Source: a bacterium
Lineage (GTDB): Bacteria; Zixibacteria; MSB-5A5; GN15; FEB-12
NCBI GenBank assembly: GCA_043811375.1
Contig: JBDRNJ010000031.1
Location: forward strand, 18,031 to 82,030
Length of the DNA: 64,000 nucleotides
Direction: 5' to 3'
The notes under the pieces are model-generated. The model had not been told where the DNA came from. It searched no databases and was given only the letters and a program-made list of their open reading frames with translations. The translations under genes were made by a program, and so were the position numbers. Of this stretch, positions 27,505 to 38,611 are shown in pieces (the stretch's first letter is position 1; each line of letters starts with the position of its first letter).

Positions 27505-30186
27505 CTACCCCAGCATCTGGCGCAACACCATCTGTAAAATGCCTCCATGTCGATAATAGTCGACGTCGATAGGAGTGTCAAGGCGGACGAGCATCTCAAA
27601 CGTCTTCTCAGCGCCATCGGCGCCTTTGGCTCGTACCGTGACTTTCTGCTGGGGTTGCAAGTCGTTGGAGAGGCCTTCGATAGTGAACGTCTCCTGCCCG
27701 GTCAGGCCGAGTGATTCCCGCGATTCACCCTCCAGAAACTGCAACGGCAGCACGCCCATCCCCACCAGGTTGGAGCGGTGGATACGTTCGTAAGACTGTG
27801 CCATGACCGCCTGGATACCCAGCAGGTTGGTGCCTTTGGCGGCCCAGTCACGCGATGAACCCATGCCGTACAGATTCCCCGCCAGCGCCACCAGCGGGAC
27901 TGAGGCATCGTCTCTTTTATATTTTATTGCGGCATCATAGATGGACATCTGCTCTCCCGATGACAGATGAGTGGTGATACCGCCCTCGGTGCCGGGCGCC
28001 AGCAGGTTGCGCAGACGGATATTGGCAAAGGTGCCGCGCGTCATAACGCGGTCGTTGCCGCGCCGCGAACCATAGGAGTTGAAGTCCTCGAACTTGACAC
28101 CGTGTTCGACCAGGTACTTGCCGGCCGGGGAGTCGGCTTTGATAACACCCGCCGGTGAGATATGGTCGGTGGTGATCGAATCACCCAACATCACCAGGAC
28201 GCGAGCGTCATTTATGGGCATAATATCGGCGGGATCTTTGGGCATGTCGACAAAGAACGGCGGCTCCTGGATGTAGGTCGAGGATTCGTCCCATTCGAAC
28301 AGATCACCGCCGGGGCTTTTGATCTTGTTCCACCGGTCGTTGGCGTCAAAGACCGAGGCGTACCGTTTACGAAACGCTTCCGGTGTTACGGTAGCGGAGA
28401 CAGTGTCGGTGATTTCCTGCTGCGACGGCCAGATGTCTTTAAGGAACACCGGCGCGCCCGATTTGTCCTTTCCCAGCGGTTCTTTGGTCAGGTCGATATT
28501 AACCGTTCCGGCCAGGGCGTAAGCAACGACCAGCGGGGGAGAGGCAAGATAGTTAGCCTTGGTGTGCGGGCTGACCCGGCCCTCGAAATTGCGATTACCC
28601 GAAAGCACCGCCGAGACGACGAGGTCGCCTTTATTGATGGCATCGACAACAGCATCTGAGAGAGGACCGGAGTTGCCGATACAGGTCGTGCAGCCGAATC
28701 CGACCGTATGGAAACCAAGCTGCTTCAGCGGCTCTATCAAACCTGCTTTCAGAAGATAATCGACCACCACTTGTGAGCCGGGTGCCAGCGATGTCTTGAC
28801 GTATGGCTTGACTTTCAGTCCGCGCTCGGCAGCTTTTTTCGCTACCAGTCCTGCGGCGATCAGCACATACGGATCAGAGGTGTTGGTGCAGGAGGTGATA
28901 GCTGCTATCACGATTGCGCCATGACTGATCTCAGATTTGGAGCCGTCCTCGATAGTGACGCTCCGTCCGTGTTGTTTGACCGGCAACTCGAAACCACGCT
29001 CTTTGACTGGCTTGGACAGAGCGGACTGGAACTCGTTTTTCATGTGTGATAGAGCAATTCGATCGTGGGGACGTTTCGGTCCGGCCAGTGACGGTTCCAC
29101 TGTCGAGATGTCGAGCTCTAGACTGTCGGAGTAGCTGGGAGGGGCTGAGCCCCTTTCGCGGAAGAGCATCTGTTCTTTGGCGTAACGTTCAACCAGGTCG
29201 ACTTCGTCGTCGCTGCGGCCGGTCATGCGCAGGTAAGCCAGGGTCGAGTCATCGAACGGGAAATAACCCATAGTAGCGCCGTATTCGGGAGCCATGTTGG
29301 CCACCATCGCCTTGGTCGGCAGTGAGAGATCATCGAGTGCCGGTCCGTAGTATTCGACGAATTTGCCCACCACGCCTTTTTGTCGCAACATCTGGGTGAC
29401 CGTCAGCACCAGGTCGGTGCCGGTGGCGCCTTCGGCCAGCTTGCCGGTCAGTTTGAAACCGACCACTCCGGGTGTGAGCATGTAGATCGGCTGACCCAAC
29501 ATGGCCGCCTCGGCCTCGATACCGCCGACTCCCCAGCCGACCACGCCGAGACCGTTGGCCATAACGGTATGGCTGTCGGTTCCCACCAGCGTGTCGGGAA
29601 AGGCTGCACCGTCGCGGATAAGGACACCCTTGGCCAGAAACTCAAGGTTGACCTGGTGACAGATGCCGGTGCCGGGAGGCACCACGCGGAAGTTGTCAAA
29701 AGCCTTCTGGCCCCAATGAAGAAACTCATACCGTTCCCGGTTGCGCTCGAATTCTTTGGCGGTGTTGATTCGTTCGGCATCATCGGAGGCGTAGGCATCG
29801 ACCTGCACCGAGTGGTCGATCACCAGGTCGACCGGTACCAACGGGTTGATCTTTCGCGGATCGCCGCCCATCCGTTTCATCGCCGACCGCAGCGCCGCCA
29901 GGTCGACCACGGCCGGGACGCCGGTGAAATCCTGCAGCAGCACCCGCGCCGGCTTAAACGGCAATTCCCGGTGGCCGATATTCTCCGCGCTGTAGGCGGC
30001 CAGGCTGGTGACATCCTCCTCGCGCACGGCCCGGCCGTCGACGTTGCGCAGAACGTTCTCCAGCAGGATTCTAATCGAGTAGGGCAAACGGTCAATCTGA
30101 CCGTACTGCGACAGCTTATCCAGACGGAAGATATTGTAGCTGTTGTTTTTCGTTTTCAAAATGCCGACAGCACCAAACGGATCCAT
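27505..30186 (-). CDS. acnA: Aconitate hydratase A
   Basis: [46 protein letters not shown]. Confidence 0.97.
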   Translation of the reverse strand: MDPFGAVGILKTKNNSYNIFRLDKLSQYGQIDRLPYSIRILLENVLRNVDGRAVREEDVTSLAAYSAENIGHRELPFKPARVLLQDFTGVPAVVDLAALRSAMKRMGGDPRKINPLVPVDLVIDHSVQVDAYASDDAERINTAKEFERNRERYEFLHWGQKAFDNFRVVPPGTGICHQVNLEFLAKGVLIRDGAAFPDTLVGTDSHTVMANGLGVVGWGVGGIEAEAAMLGQPIYMLTPGVVGFKLTGKLAEGATGTDLVLTVTQMLRQKGVVGKFVEYYGPALDDLSLPTKAMVANMAPEYGATMGYFPFDDSTLAYLRMTGRSDDEVDLVERYAKEQMLFRERGSAPPSYSDSLELDISTVEPSLAGPKRPHDRIALSHMKNEFQSALSKPVKERGFELPVKQHGRSVTIEDGSKSEISHGAIVIAAITSCTNTSDPYVLIAAGLVAKKAAERGLKVKPYVKTSLAPGSQVVVDYLLKAGLIEPLKQLGFHTVGFGCTTCIGNSGPLSDAVVDAINKGDLVVSAVLSGNRNFEGRVSPHTKANYLASPPLVVAYALAGTVNIDLTKEPLGKDKSGAPVFLKDIWPSQQEITDTVSATVTPEAFRKRYASVFDANDRWNKIKSPGGDLFEWDESSTYIQEPPFFVDMPKDPADIMPINDARVLVMLGDSITTDHISPAGVIKADSPAGKYLVEHGVKFEDFNSYGSRRGNDRVMTRGTFANIRLRNLLAPGTEGGITTHLSSGEQMSIYDAAIKYKRDDASVPLVALAGNLYGMGSSRDWAAKGTNLLGIQAVMAQSYERIHRSNLVGMGVLPLQFLEGESRESLGLTGQETFTIEGLSNDLQPQQKVTVRAKGADGAEKTFEMLVRLDTPIDVDYYRHGGILQMVLRQMLG

Positions 30187-30318
30187 GGTGGTCCTCCTTA
30201 TGACCTGTGAATATAATCTGTCAATTGGTCAATTATACGCAAGAATCCGGGCCGGTGCAAGGTGGCAGGCTGCCGGGCACAATAGTGCTCGGTCAATTTG
30301 AATCAGCTGGTGTTCCTA

Positions 30319-31006
30319 TCAGTATATCTTAGGAATGAATTTCTTTGTATGTTCGGCGTATTCCGTAAACTGGTCACCATACTTCTGAGCCAGGTGCTTA
30401 TCCAGTGTCGGAATGATGAAAAATACGAAATTCAACGTCATTACCAGGGGGATGACAAGGATAGTGAAGCTATGAGCAATCAAAGAGAGTCCGATGAAAA
30501 GGACTATATCTCCGAAGTAATTGATGTGCATAGAGTGTCTGAACAACCCCTCAGTGTAGAGTCGCCCTTGATTCGTTTTTTTTTTGTTTGAACATATGAC
30601 GAGTGTACTCTGACCGGGTATTGAACCAGGAGCCGAACACGTACATTACAATGCCGATGATCTCTATAGCGCCTATTGCCAGTTCATTACCACCGCCGAC
30701 ACGCGCGTACATGTAGATAGCCAGAGATATTAGAAATGATGTAATAGTCGTTTCCGGCCAGGTCAACCGGCGCTTGAGAAAAACAAATGTGGTTATCAGC
30801 AGACGCAAAAGATAGATGATAAGGCAGGACAGAAGAACCACGCGGCGAAGGAAATCCCCCCGGAGCTCATAGGTTCCGAACCAACTGCTGAGTTTACTTA
30901 CATCGGCAAACATCAGCACGCCGGAGACAAGAACTGTCAGCGATACCACCACCATAAAGAAAAACTTCGGTCCCAGAGATGCAATATGTTCATTCTTGAA
31001 TATCAT
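30319..31006 (-). pseudogene. DUF1295 / steroid-5-alpha-reductase-like membrane protein, frameshifted in an A10 run
   Basis: Removing one A from 30576-30585 joins the two ORFs as QKKTNQGRLYTEGLFRHSMHINYFGD. Confidence 0.8.
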
Positions 31007-31041
31007 AATTGTTTCCCATATTGACTGTGGACAAGATCGAC

Positions 31042-31071
31042 GGGTGGCAACCCCAAACTTGTTCGGGGTTG
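31042..31071. repeat. Additional copy of the RAYT-associated REP
   Basis: GGGTGGCAACCCCAAACTTGTTCGGGGTTG. Confidence 0.75.
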
Positions 31072-31081
31072 GGTTCGCCGG

Positions 31082-32758
31082 TTACAGGTTCGTGTAATTC
31101 GGGCCTTCGCCCCCCTGGGGCGTGACCCAGCGGATCACCTGGTAAGGATCGGCGATGTCGCACGTCTTGCAATGGACGCAATTGGACGGCGTCAATTGCA
31201 GTTTCTGCTTTCCCTCGCGATCCGGGTCGTCGACCATCTCATATACCTGGGCCGGACAAAAATGTTGACAGGGGTTGCCGTACTCTTCGGTGCAGCGGTT
31301 GTTGCAGGTATCGTAATCGACTATGACCAGATGCGGGGGCTGATCCTCCTCGTGGGTGGAGCCGGATTTGTAGACATCGGTCAGCTTATCGAAAGTGTAT
31401 TTGTTGTCGAGCTTGAGCACGGCCTTTTCCGGTGGGTGACCGAACCGATGCACGTAGTCCTCCACTTTGAGCATATACTTGTGGTCAGCCTTGTTTTCAC
31501 GGCGATTGTACAAACCGCGTCCGCCGGTCACCATTTGAATAGCGCCGTGGAAGAGTCCGGCTTTCAGGCCGCCCTTGAAACCGGTGTGGAAATTGCGCGA
31601 ACTATACAACTCTTTTTTCGCCCAGCTTTTCTCGAAACGTTGCGGGTAACCCTCCAGCACGCTAATAGAGTAATCCGAGTTCTTAATACACTCGAAGAGT
31701 GTCTCGGCCGCCATGATACCCGACTTGATGGCCAGATGGATTCCTTTGAGCCTGCGAGGGTTAAGGAACCCGGCCGAGTCGCCGCAGAGTATCAGGCCGT
31801 GGTGACACAGACGGGGCATCGAGTAGTAACCGGCATCCGGAATCGTCTTGGCTCCGTAGTGGAGCATGGCGCCGCCGTTCAGTATTCTCTTGACCAGGGG
31901 ATGCGTTTTGTAGCGCTGGAACTTCAGATGGGGATCGTTGGTAGGGTCCGGCGAGTTCAATCCGACGGCATAGCCGACCGAAACCATGGTGTCGGTCATG
32001 GCATAAATCCAGCCGCCGCCGTATTCATGCGATGGTTGCGGCCAGCCGATGCTGTGAATGACCTGGCCGGCTTTGATGCGACCTTCAGGTACTTCCCAGA
32101 TTTCCTTGATACCGGTCAGGTACGATTGCGGCAGGCAGTCTTCGATCAACTGCGGTATTTTCTCGAAAGCCTGCCGGGTCAGCGAACCGTGAACACCCTC
32201 GCACAGAACCGTCACTTTGGCCTTCACAATCGAGCCCGGTTCGAAATTTGATTTTTTGTTGCCCTCTTTATCCAGTCCCATGTCGACCGTCTGGACGCCG
32301 ATCACGGCGCCGTCCTCGACCAGCAGGTCATATCCGGCCAGTCCGGCAAAGACATCGATCCCCTTGCTTTCCACCTGCTCGGCCATCCAGCCGGTAAACT
32401 TGTTGAGCGATACGATGTAGCTGCCGTGATTGTTAAGCGATGGCGGCATGAAGGGAAATTTGAATGAACCTCGGGGAGCCAGGTAGTGCAGTTCGTCGGC
32501 AATAACTTCAGTTTCCAGCGGTGCTCCCTTGGCGACGAAATCGGGAATCAGTTCGGCAATGCCCCGAGGATCCATAACCGCCCCGGACAGAGAATGAGCA
32601 CCGGCATAGCTGCCCTTTTCCATCAGCAGAATCTCCGGCATCTCCACCGAGTCATCAGTTTCCACCAGGCAGGCCAGCTTGTAGGCCAGCGCCAGTCCCG
32701 CCGGACCGGCTCCCACGATCAGTATGTCAGTGTCAAGAACTTCACGCGCAATATCCAT
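31082..32758 (-). CDS. Electron transfer flavoprotein-quinone oxidoreductase
   Basis: GAGPAG, HSLSGA, KGIHLAIKSG, CPAQVYE, NCVHCKTCDI, WVTPQGGEGPNY. Confidence 0.93.
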   Translation of the reverse strand: MDIAREVLDTDILIVGAGPAGLALAYKLACLVETDDSVEMPEILLMEKGSYAGAHSLSGAVMDPRGIAELIPDFVAKGAPLETEVIADELHYLAPRGSFKFPFMPPSLNNHGSYIVSLNKFTGWMAEQVESKGIDVFAGLAGYDLLVEDGAVIGVQTVDMGLDKEGNKKSNFEPGSIVKAKVTVLCEGVHGSLTRQAFEKIPQLIEDCLPQSYLTGIKEIWEVPEGRIKAGQVIHSIGWPQPSHEYGGGWIYAMTDTMVSVGYAVGLNSPDPTNDPHLKFQRYKTHPLVKRILNGGAMLHYGAKTIPDAGYYSMPRLCHHGLILCGDSAGFLNPRRLKGIHLAIKSGIMAAETLFECIKNSDYSISVLEGYPQRFEKSWAKKELYSSRNFHTGFKGGLKAGLFHGAIQMVTGGRGLYNRRENKADHKYMLKVEDYVHRFGHPPEKAVLKLDNKYTFDKLTDVYKSGSTHEEDQPPHLVIVDYDTCNNRCTEEYGNPCQHFCPAQVYEMVDDPDREGKQKLQLTPSNCVHCKTCDIADPYQVIRWVTPQGGEGPNYTNL

Positions 32759-32917
32759 AAACCTGTCCTCTTTCGATTTTGACTGCTGGAATATATAACT
32801 ATTGAAAATGGAAGAAAAGAGTTAATGGTCGCGTGGCCTTATTGAAGCCAAAGCAGATTCCGTCTTTCAAGTCAATGCCGTATTTTGTGTACTGAACGGT
32901 TTTTTTGCAATCAGCCC

Positions 32918-33180
32918 GTAGGTCACGCCGACTCGCGGCGTGACAAAATGAATGTCAAGCCCCAAGTGGGTTTGACTACCGAGCTGCCCTACTAATGCAT
33001 ACCTCCACCCGGAGGGATTGTCCCGATAATCGGGGCGACACAAGGCCGCCCCCTACGCGAAGATTGTGGGCGGCAGATGTCCACATCTGCCGCGTCTGAG
33101 CCGGAACGTGGTTGTTGGGTTTCTCGTTTCGTTTTGCCTTGCTTCACTCCACTCGGCCCCCCCTGCGGTTCCGACGTCTT
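32918..33180. repeat. Cluster of different GTAG/GTGG-type palindromes
   Basis: gtaggtcacgccg..cggcgtgac; gtcaagccc..gggtttgactac; ggggcg..cgccccctac; gcggcagatgt..acatctgccgc. Confidence 0.6.
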
Positions 33181-33238
33181 TCTTGAAAATAACTCGTCGC
33201 CAATCGGGATGGCTGTCGAATCGGTTACTCGAACCCTG

Positions 33239-33742
33239 TCAGTTCGTTACTATCGCCTCGAAACCTGTTTTCAGTGTTTCGTAAGGCCTGGCGCCGACGA
33301 AGCGCATAACTTCGTGTCCATCCTTATCCAGGAAGATCGTGGTGGGCACACCTCTGGTGACACCGAACTTCAGAATGATATCCCGGCCGGCCATGAGCAT
33401 AATCCATTTCATGCCGAAATTCCGGGTGAACGCATCTACCTTATCAGGGGTGTCTTTGACAGCCAGGCCAATCATCTCAACACCTCGGGGCGAGTATTCT
33501 TCATAGAGGCGCACTAGGTCGGGAACCTCTTTGCGGCAGGGTCCGCACCAGGTGCCCCAGAAATTCAGTACCACCGGCTGCTTGCCGATCCACTTGGCGG
33601 AGTTGTGAGATTGGCCCATTATGTCATAGGCTTCGAAATTAAACGCCGGGTTGGCCATCGTCTGTTTATTGTCACTGCTGCAACCGATGATTGTTACTGA
33701 CAGCAATAGAGCCAGAAGGGGCATGTATCTTGGGGGCATTAT
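33239..33742 (-). CDS. TlpA/ResA-like thiol-disulfide oxidoreductase lipoprotein
   Basis: Lipobox IIGC, NFWGTWCGPC, GVPTT. Confidence 0.88.
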   Translation of the reverse strand: MMPPRYMPLLALLLSVTIIGCSSDNKQTMANPAFNFEAYDIMGQSHNSAKWIGKQPVVLNFWGTWCGPCRKEVPDLVRLYEEYSPRGVEMIGLAVKDTPDKVDAFTRNFGMKWIMLMAGRDIILKFGVTRGVPTTIFLDKDGHEVMRFVGARPYETLKTGFEAIVTN

Positions 33743-33983
33743 CAATCCTCTGGTGTCAAGTCATTTTGGCAGCATTATAGCAAATCAGCACCGGGATGCA
33801 AGCAGATTGTCTGGAGGACTTTCCTGAAAAATCTATGAATTGAACAGCCCGGTAGTCACGCCCACCTGGAGGCTGAGACAAAAGATTTTTCAACTGGACC
33901 CATGTTATAGATCAAGAAATTACTTTGGATAAATCCGCTGTTTTTTGCGTTATATTATATAGCAGCCATTATTTGGAGGATTG

Positions 33984-34592
33984 ATGCACACTTTGTTACT
34001 GGCTACCTGGCTCTCTCTGCCCGCCTTCCCTCTTAATCCGGTCGTGCAGGATACTATGGCAGCTGCCAATATGCACTTCACGGTCGGGTTAAGCAGTCCC
34101 AATGGCCTGGCCGAGACCGGTCCGGAGTTCTCGTTCAAGTACGAGATCCGTATCGTCCATCCAATTCTTGTCCGGGCTGCCTTTGACTACCGAACCGGTA
34201 AGGTAAATTCGGTCGTCTACCCCCGGGGTACTCTGCACGGAGCTACTGTCTCGACTGATGTCCTGTACTATCGTGGTACGCACAAACTGACCGGATACGT
34301 CGGTGTGGGTGCAGTTTACACCTTTCATCGTTTTGAGCTTGCTCCGGTGGCGGCCGATTCGTTGCGGAGCAAACACCAGATTGCCGATGTTGGCTTTGAT
34401 CCCTCCCTGGGTTTCAGGATCACTATGGGCCTGCGTTTCCATCGGGCAGTATCGCTTGAAATTGCTGTTACGGAAGCGCGACCCAATCTGACCTATGTGC
34501 GGCGCTATACTGACGAGAGCTACTCCCTGAGAAGGGAACGGATAAGACTCAGTGACGCCCGAATCACCCTGGGCTACATCTGGTCGATGTGA
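33984..34592 (+). CDS. Outer membrane beta-barrel protein
   Basis: Alternating beta-strands, YVGVGA, terminal ITLGYIW. GGAGG RBS. Confidence 0.6.
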   Translation: MHTLLLATWLSLPAFPLNPVVQDTMAAANMHFTVGLSSPNGLAETGPEFSFKYEIRIVHPILVRAAFDYRTGKVNSVVYPRGTLHGATVSTDVLYYRGTHKLTGYVGVGAVYTFHRFELAPVAADSLRSKHQIADVGFDPSLGFRITMGLRFHRAVSLEIAVTEARPNLTYVRRYTDESYSLRRERIRLSDARITLGYIWSM

Positions 34593-34654
34593 GTGTTGTC
34601 ACAGCCTCACCGGTGATCTTGTCATCTTTGTTCCGGAGATGATACGTCAAGTAG

Positions 34655-36280
34655 TTATCTGCCGTACCCGGTCGGGTCAGTAACGGCTGCGTTTAGTGCC
34701 GACGCCGCAGCGGTGGCTGCGGAGCAAAGGAAGACTTCCCGGCCTTCATCATCTGTGGGGCGATGACAATCCCAGTCCGCGGTGGTCAGACAGCGTTCAC
34801 CGGGAGCCAGCATTCCCCGGGCATCATCGCTGGAGATATTGTAACCGGGATTGGCCACCACGACACCGGCTTCCAGGAAGACCCGGATAAGTCCTTTCTT
34901 GAGAGCATCCAGATAAACTGATCGGGACGCCGGTACAATCATCACCCGGCAATCGGGATGAACTTTCTTTCCCCTGAGAATCTCCGCCGTTGCCCGCAGG
35001 TCGGAGAATCGACCGCCGTTACCGGATCCGATAATCACTTGCTGCACCGGGAGACCGTCCAGTTCGGCTGCGGCTCGGATATCGCCCGACCCCTCGGGAC
35101 CGGCGATCTGCGGTAATAAACGACCGATGTTTATCTGGAACATCTCATCGTAGCGGGCGTCTTTGTCGGCGATCACCGCCGAATACTGCGGCACGGCTTG
35201 CCCGGACAGATACCGTCGCGTCACCGCTTCATAGGGGCAGATGGCCGCCTTGGCTCCCAGGTCCACCGACAGCCCGGACAACGTGGCCCGATCAGCGATA
35301 TTCATCTGGGATACTGCCGGGCCATAATACTCAATAGCCTTGTACTCAGCCCCGCCGGTGCCAAGGCGTTTGATAATGGCCAGTGCAATATCGCAAGCAT
35401 GTACTCTTGGCGGCCTGCGGCCGGCGATGTCAATGCGCAGCGTGTAGGGTACTTTCAGCCAGGTCTGGCCGGTTGCCCACAGTGCTGCCATTTCCGGCAC
35501 TTCGATACCCGTTCCGAATGCCCCCAGAGCGCCATGCAGCGTGCTCTGCCGATCGGTGCCGAGGCCGAGTTGTCCGGGAAGGATGCCACCGTTCTCAAGC
35601 ACCAACTGATGAGAGTTCCCCTGGCCGATGTCGAAAAAACTCTTGATCCCCTGGCGTCGCACGAATTCGCGAATGACCTGGTGAGATCGGGCCAGTTTAT
35701 TGGTGCCGTCGTTTCCGCGGCACGATAATGAAATCACAATTCGATTGGGATTGAAAACGTATTCGACACCAACCTGACGAAACATCTCGATTATGTCATA
35801 GGTATCGTCATGTGACATGACCAGGTCCGGCTGCACCATTACCAACTCACCGGCGGTAACCTTGTCGAGACCGGCCGTACGCGCGATGATCTTCTCGACT
35901 ACGGTTCGCTGGCCATACAGCGAAGTCGAACGACCGGCAGTCTTAAGGCCGGGGAAATTGAGTTCCAACTGCTCCAGTTTGAGAAAAGCCGGTTTTTCCC
36001 GCAATCCATAACGTCGCCGCCAGTTGTAGAACGCCGCTTTTGATATCCCCAACTCCAAACCGCAGCGGTCGTCGTCACCATACCGTTCCCACAGGTTGCG
36101 AACTTCACTCTCGGAGAACTTAGGCAGTGAATGCAGCGGCACACCTTTCTTGCGTCGCCAGTAAGCCACCAGGTAAGCCGGCACGCCGCCCAGCCGTTCG
36201 CCGATCTTTTCATCGGTGCGGTACAGCTTCTGAAGCTGGATCAGTTCGGCCTTGGTGGGCATTTTCCGGCGCGGTCTCAT
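34655..36280 (-). CDS. Tandem-HTH fused LeuC/homoaconitase large-subunit homolog lacking Fe-S cysteines
   Basis: LeuC fold motifs (VEKII, HQLVLE, GALGAFGTG, TGQTWLKVP, PASRSVY) but GSGNGGR and PGYNIS in place of the Cys motifs. Confidence 0.75.
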   Translation of the reverse strand: MRPRRKMPTKAELIQLQKLYRTDEKIGERLGGVPAYLVAYWRRKKGVPLHSLPKFSESEVRNLWERYGDDDRCGLELGISKAAFYNWRRRYGLREKPAFLKLEQLELNFPGLKTAGRSTSLYGQRTVVEKIIARTAGLDKVTAGELVMVQPDLVMSHDDTYDIIEMFRQVGVEYVFNPNRIVISLSCRGNDGTNKLARSHQVIREFVRRQGIKSFFDIGQGNSHQLVLENGGILPGQLGLGTDRQSTLHGALGAFGTGIEVPEMAALWATGQTWLKVPYTLRIDIAGRRPPRVHACDIALAIIKRLGTGGAEYKAIEYYGPAVSQMNIADRATLSGLSVDLGAKAAICPYEAVTRRYLSGQAVPQYSAVIADKDARYDEMFQINIGRLLPQIAGPEGSGDIRAAAELDGLPVQQVIIGSGNGGRFSDLRATAEILRGKKVHPDCRVMIVPASRSVYLDALKKGLIRVFLEAGVVVANPGYNISSDDARGMLAPGERCLTTADWDCHRPTDDEGREVFLCSAATAAASALNAAVTDPTGYGR

Positions 36281-36765
36281 AAGTTCTCGAAACCTTTCTT
36301 AAGAGCTTCCCAGAGCGGTTCCAGCGGTACCGAGACGACATTGGTTTTGCCGATCACCGGCATGAAGTTGGTGTCACCCTGCCAGCGCGGCACTACGTGC
36401 ATATGCAGGTGCTCCGGAATACCGGCGCCCGATGTCTCGCCAAGATTCATGCCGATATTAAAAGAATGCGGATTAAACGCCTGCTTGGTGACCGTCACCG
36501 TACGCCGCGTCAATTCGAAAAATTCATTGGCTTCTTCGGTAGTCAGTTCCTCCAGGTGGGCTATATGCCGCATGGGGACGATCATCGAATGGCCGGAGTT
36601 GTAGGGGTATTTATTTAGAATAACGATATTCTTGCGGCCGCGGTGGACGATCAGGTTTTCGACGGTGTCTTCCATCTTGATGCGGTTGCAGAAGATACAC
36701 CCCTGCTCTTTTTCACCGAGTATAAACCCCACCCGCCATGGTGCCCAGATAGTCTTGTCATCCAT
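36277..36765 (-). CDS. HIT-family hydrolase (Ap4A phosphorylase-like)
   Basis: WAPWR, CIFC, LNKYPYNSGH, HLHMHVVPRWQGD. Confidence 0.9.
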   Translation of the reverse strand: MDDKTIWAPWRVGFILGEKEQGCIFCNRIKMEDTVENLIVHRGRKNIVILNKYPYNSGHSMIVPMRHIAHLEELTTEEANEFFELTRRTVTVTKQAFNPHSFNIGMNLGETSGAGIPEHLHMHVVPRWQGDTNFMPVIGKTNVVSVPLEPLWEALKKGFENL

Positions 36766-36997
36766 AACGAGTTAAGATAAGCAACCGGAAGCGATTAGCC
36801 AACAGCCCCGGTGATATTTTTTGTATAGTAATTGTAGCAAGTTGTGGGGCAGGGGGTTGTGCGGATGGAGAAAAACACATTCATCAGTTGGTTTACAGTT
36901 GCTCCCCGCCCCAGGCAGCAGGTCGGGTTCCGGTGGTTTCGCCACTCTTATGAGAAACCCGACACCTGCGCTGTGTTTAGTAGTGATCTATCTCCAC

Positions 36998-38611
36998 TTA
37001 CCCCATAAACGGATACCGGTAGTCGGTTGGGGGCACGAAGTTCTCCTTGACCGAGCGGGGCGATGTCCAGCGCAGCATATTCTGGATGCCGCCCGCCTTG
37101 TCGTTGGTGCCCGATGCCCGACCGCCGCCGAACGGCTGCTGTCCGACCACAGCACCGGTTGGTTTGTCGTTGATATAGAAGTTGCCGGCGGCGTTGCGCA
37201 ATGTCCTCTCGGCCAGGGCGACGGCGTTGCGGTCGGTGGCGAACACGGCCCCCGTCAGTGCGTATGGCGAGGTCTTGTCCAGCACGTGCAGCGTATTGGC
37301 GTATTCGTCATCGTCGTAAACATAGATAGTAACCACCGGGCCGAATATCTCCTCTTCCATCAATTTGAAATGCGGGTCGGTGGTGACCACCACCGTCGGC
37401 TCGATAAACCAGCCTTTGGACTTGTCGTAGTTGCCGCCGCAGATAATCTCGCAGTCGCTTGATTGTTTGGCGTAATCGACGTACTCGACAATCGTGCGGT
37501 AGGCGGGTTCATCGATAACGGCATTGACGAAGGTGCTGAAATCTTCCGGATCGCCCATTTTCAGTTCGCCGACCATCGTTACCAGCTTGCCCTTGATCTC
37601 CGGCCACAGTGACTGCGGCAGGTAGCAGCGTGACGATGCTGAGCATTTCTGACCCTGGAACTCAAATGAACCACGTACTATGGCTACCACCAGGGCATCA
37701 ACGTTGCACGAATTATGAGCGACGATAAAGTCCTTGCCGCCGGTCTCACCGACAATGCGAGGATAAGAGCGGTAACCGGCAATGTTTGCCCCCACCGTGT
37801 TCCACATCGACTGAAAGACAGCCGTTGAGCCGGTGAAATGAATCCCGGCCAGATGTTCGTTTTTCAGCACGGTATCACCGATTGCGGCGCCGCGGGCGAA
37901 AATGAGATTGACCACACCTTTGGGTAGTCCCGCCTCGATGAGAATCTTCATCAGGAAATGCGAGGTGTACACGGCGGTCGAGGCCGGTTTCCAGACAGAT
38001 ACGTTACCCATGATTGCGGGCGCTGTCGGCAGGTTGCCGTTGATGGAGACAAAGTTAAACGGCGTCACCGCAAACACGAATCCTTCCAGCGGTCGATGGT
38101 CAATGCGGTCCCAGATAGTGGGGGCGCTGAGCGGCTGGATGTCCATGATCTGCTGTGCGAAGTAGCAGTTGAAGCGCCAGAAATCGGCCAACTCACAAAC
38201 AGCGTCAATTTCGGCCTGGTAGATCGTTTTGGAATGAGCCAGCATGGTAGCGGCGTTTATCAAGTGCCGGTAGGGTCCGGTCAGCAAATCGGCCGCTTTC
38301 AGAAAGATCGCCGACCGCTGTTCCCAGGGCATATGCGCCCAGGTCTTCTGCGCCTCGATAGCCGACTCCACCGCCAGGGCAACTTCCTCGGTGCTGCCCT
38401 GGTGGTAATATCCCAGGACCCGGGAATGGTCATGCGGAGAACGGATTTCAACTCTTGTGTCGGGCCGGATTTCCTCGCCGTTGATAATCATCGGGATCTG
38501 AATTGTTTGGCTCTTGAGTTCAGCCAGGGCCTGGTCCAGCTTGGCCCGTTCGGGTGATCCGGGGGCGTAATTGAGAATCGGTTCATTCTTGGGAACTGGC
38601 ACGCGGTACAT
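36998..38611 (-). CDS. pruA: Delta-1-pyrroline-5-carboxylate (glutamate-semialdehyde) dehydrogenase
   Basis: PFNF, FTGST, GETGGKDF, GQKCSA, EEIFGP, GGGRASGTNDKAG. Confidence 0.93.
   Translation of the reverse strand: MYRVPVPKNEPILNYAPGSPERAKLDQALAELKSQTIQIPMIINGEEIRPDTRVEIRSPHDHSRVLGYYHQGSTEEVALAVESAIEAQKTWAHMPWEQRSAIFLKAADLLTGPYRHLINAATMLAHSKTIYQAEIDAVCELADFWRFNCYFAQQIMDIQPLSAPTIWDRIDHRPLEGFVFAVTPFNFVSINGNLPTAPAIMGNVSVWKPASTAVYTSHFLMKILIEAGLPKGVVNLIFARGAAIGDTVLKNEHLAGIHFTGSTAVFQSMWNTVGANIAGYRSYPRIVGETGGKDFIVAHNSCNVDALVVAIVRGSFEFQGQKCSASSRCYLPQSLWPEIKGKLVTMVGELKMGDPEDFSTFVNAVIDEPAYRTIVEYVDYAKQSSDCEIICGGNYDKSKGWFIEPTVVVTTDPHFKLMEEEIFGPVVTIYVYDDDEYANTLHVLDKTSPYALTGAVFATDRNAVALAERTLRNAAGNFYINDKPTGAVVGQQPFGGGRASGTNDKAGGIQNMLRWTSPRSVKENFVPPTDYRYPFMG

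Noticed and set aside
31172..32251. Long antisense ORFs (this 359-aa one; also 29380-30210, 24080-24772, 3282-3986, 9354-10040)
   Set aside because: These are shadow or alternate frames of well-supported genes in GC-rich DNA and carry no motifs.
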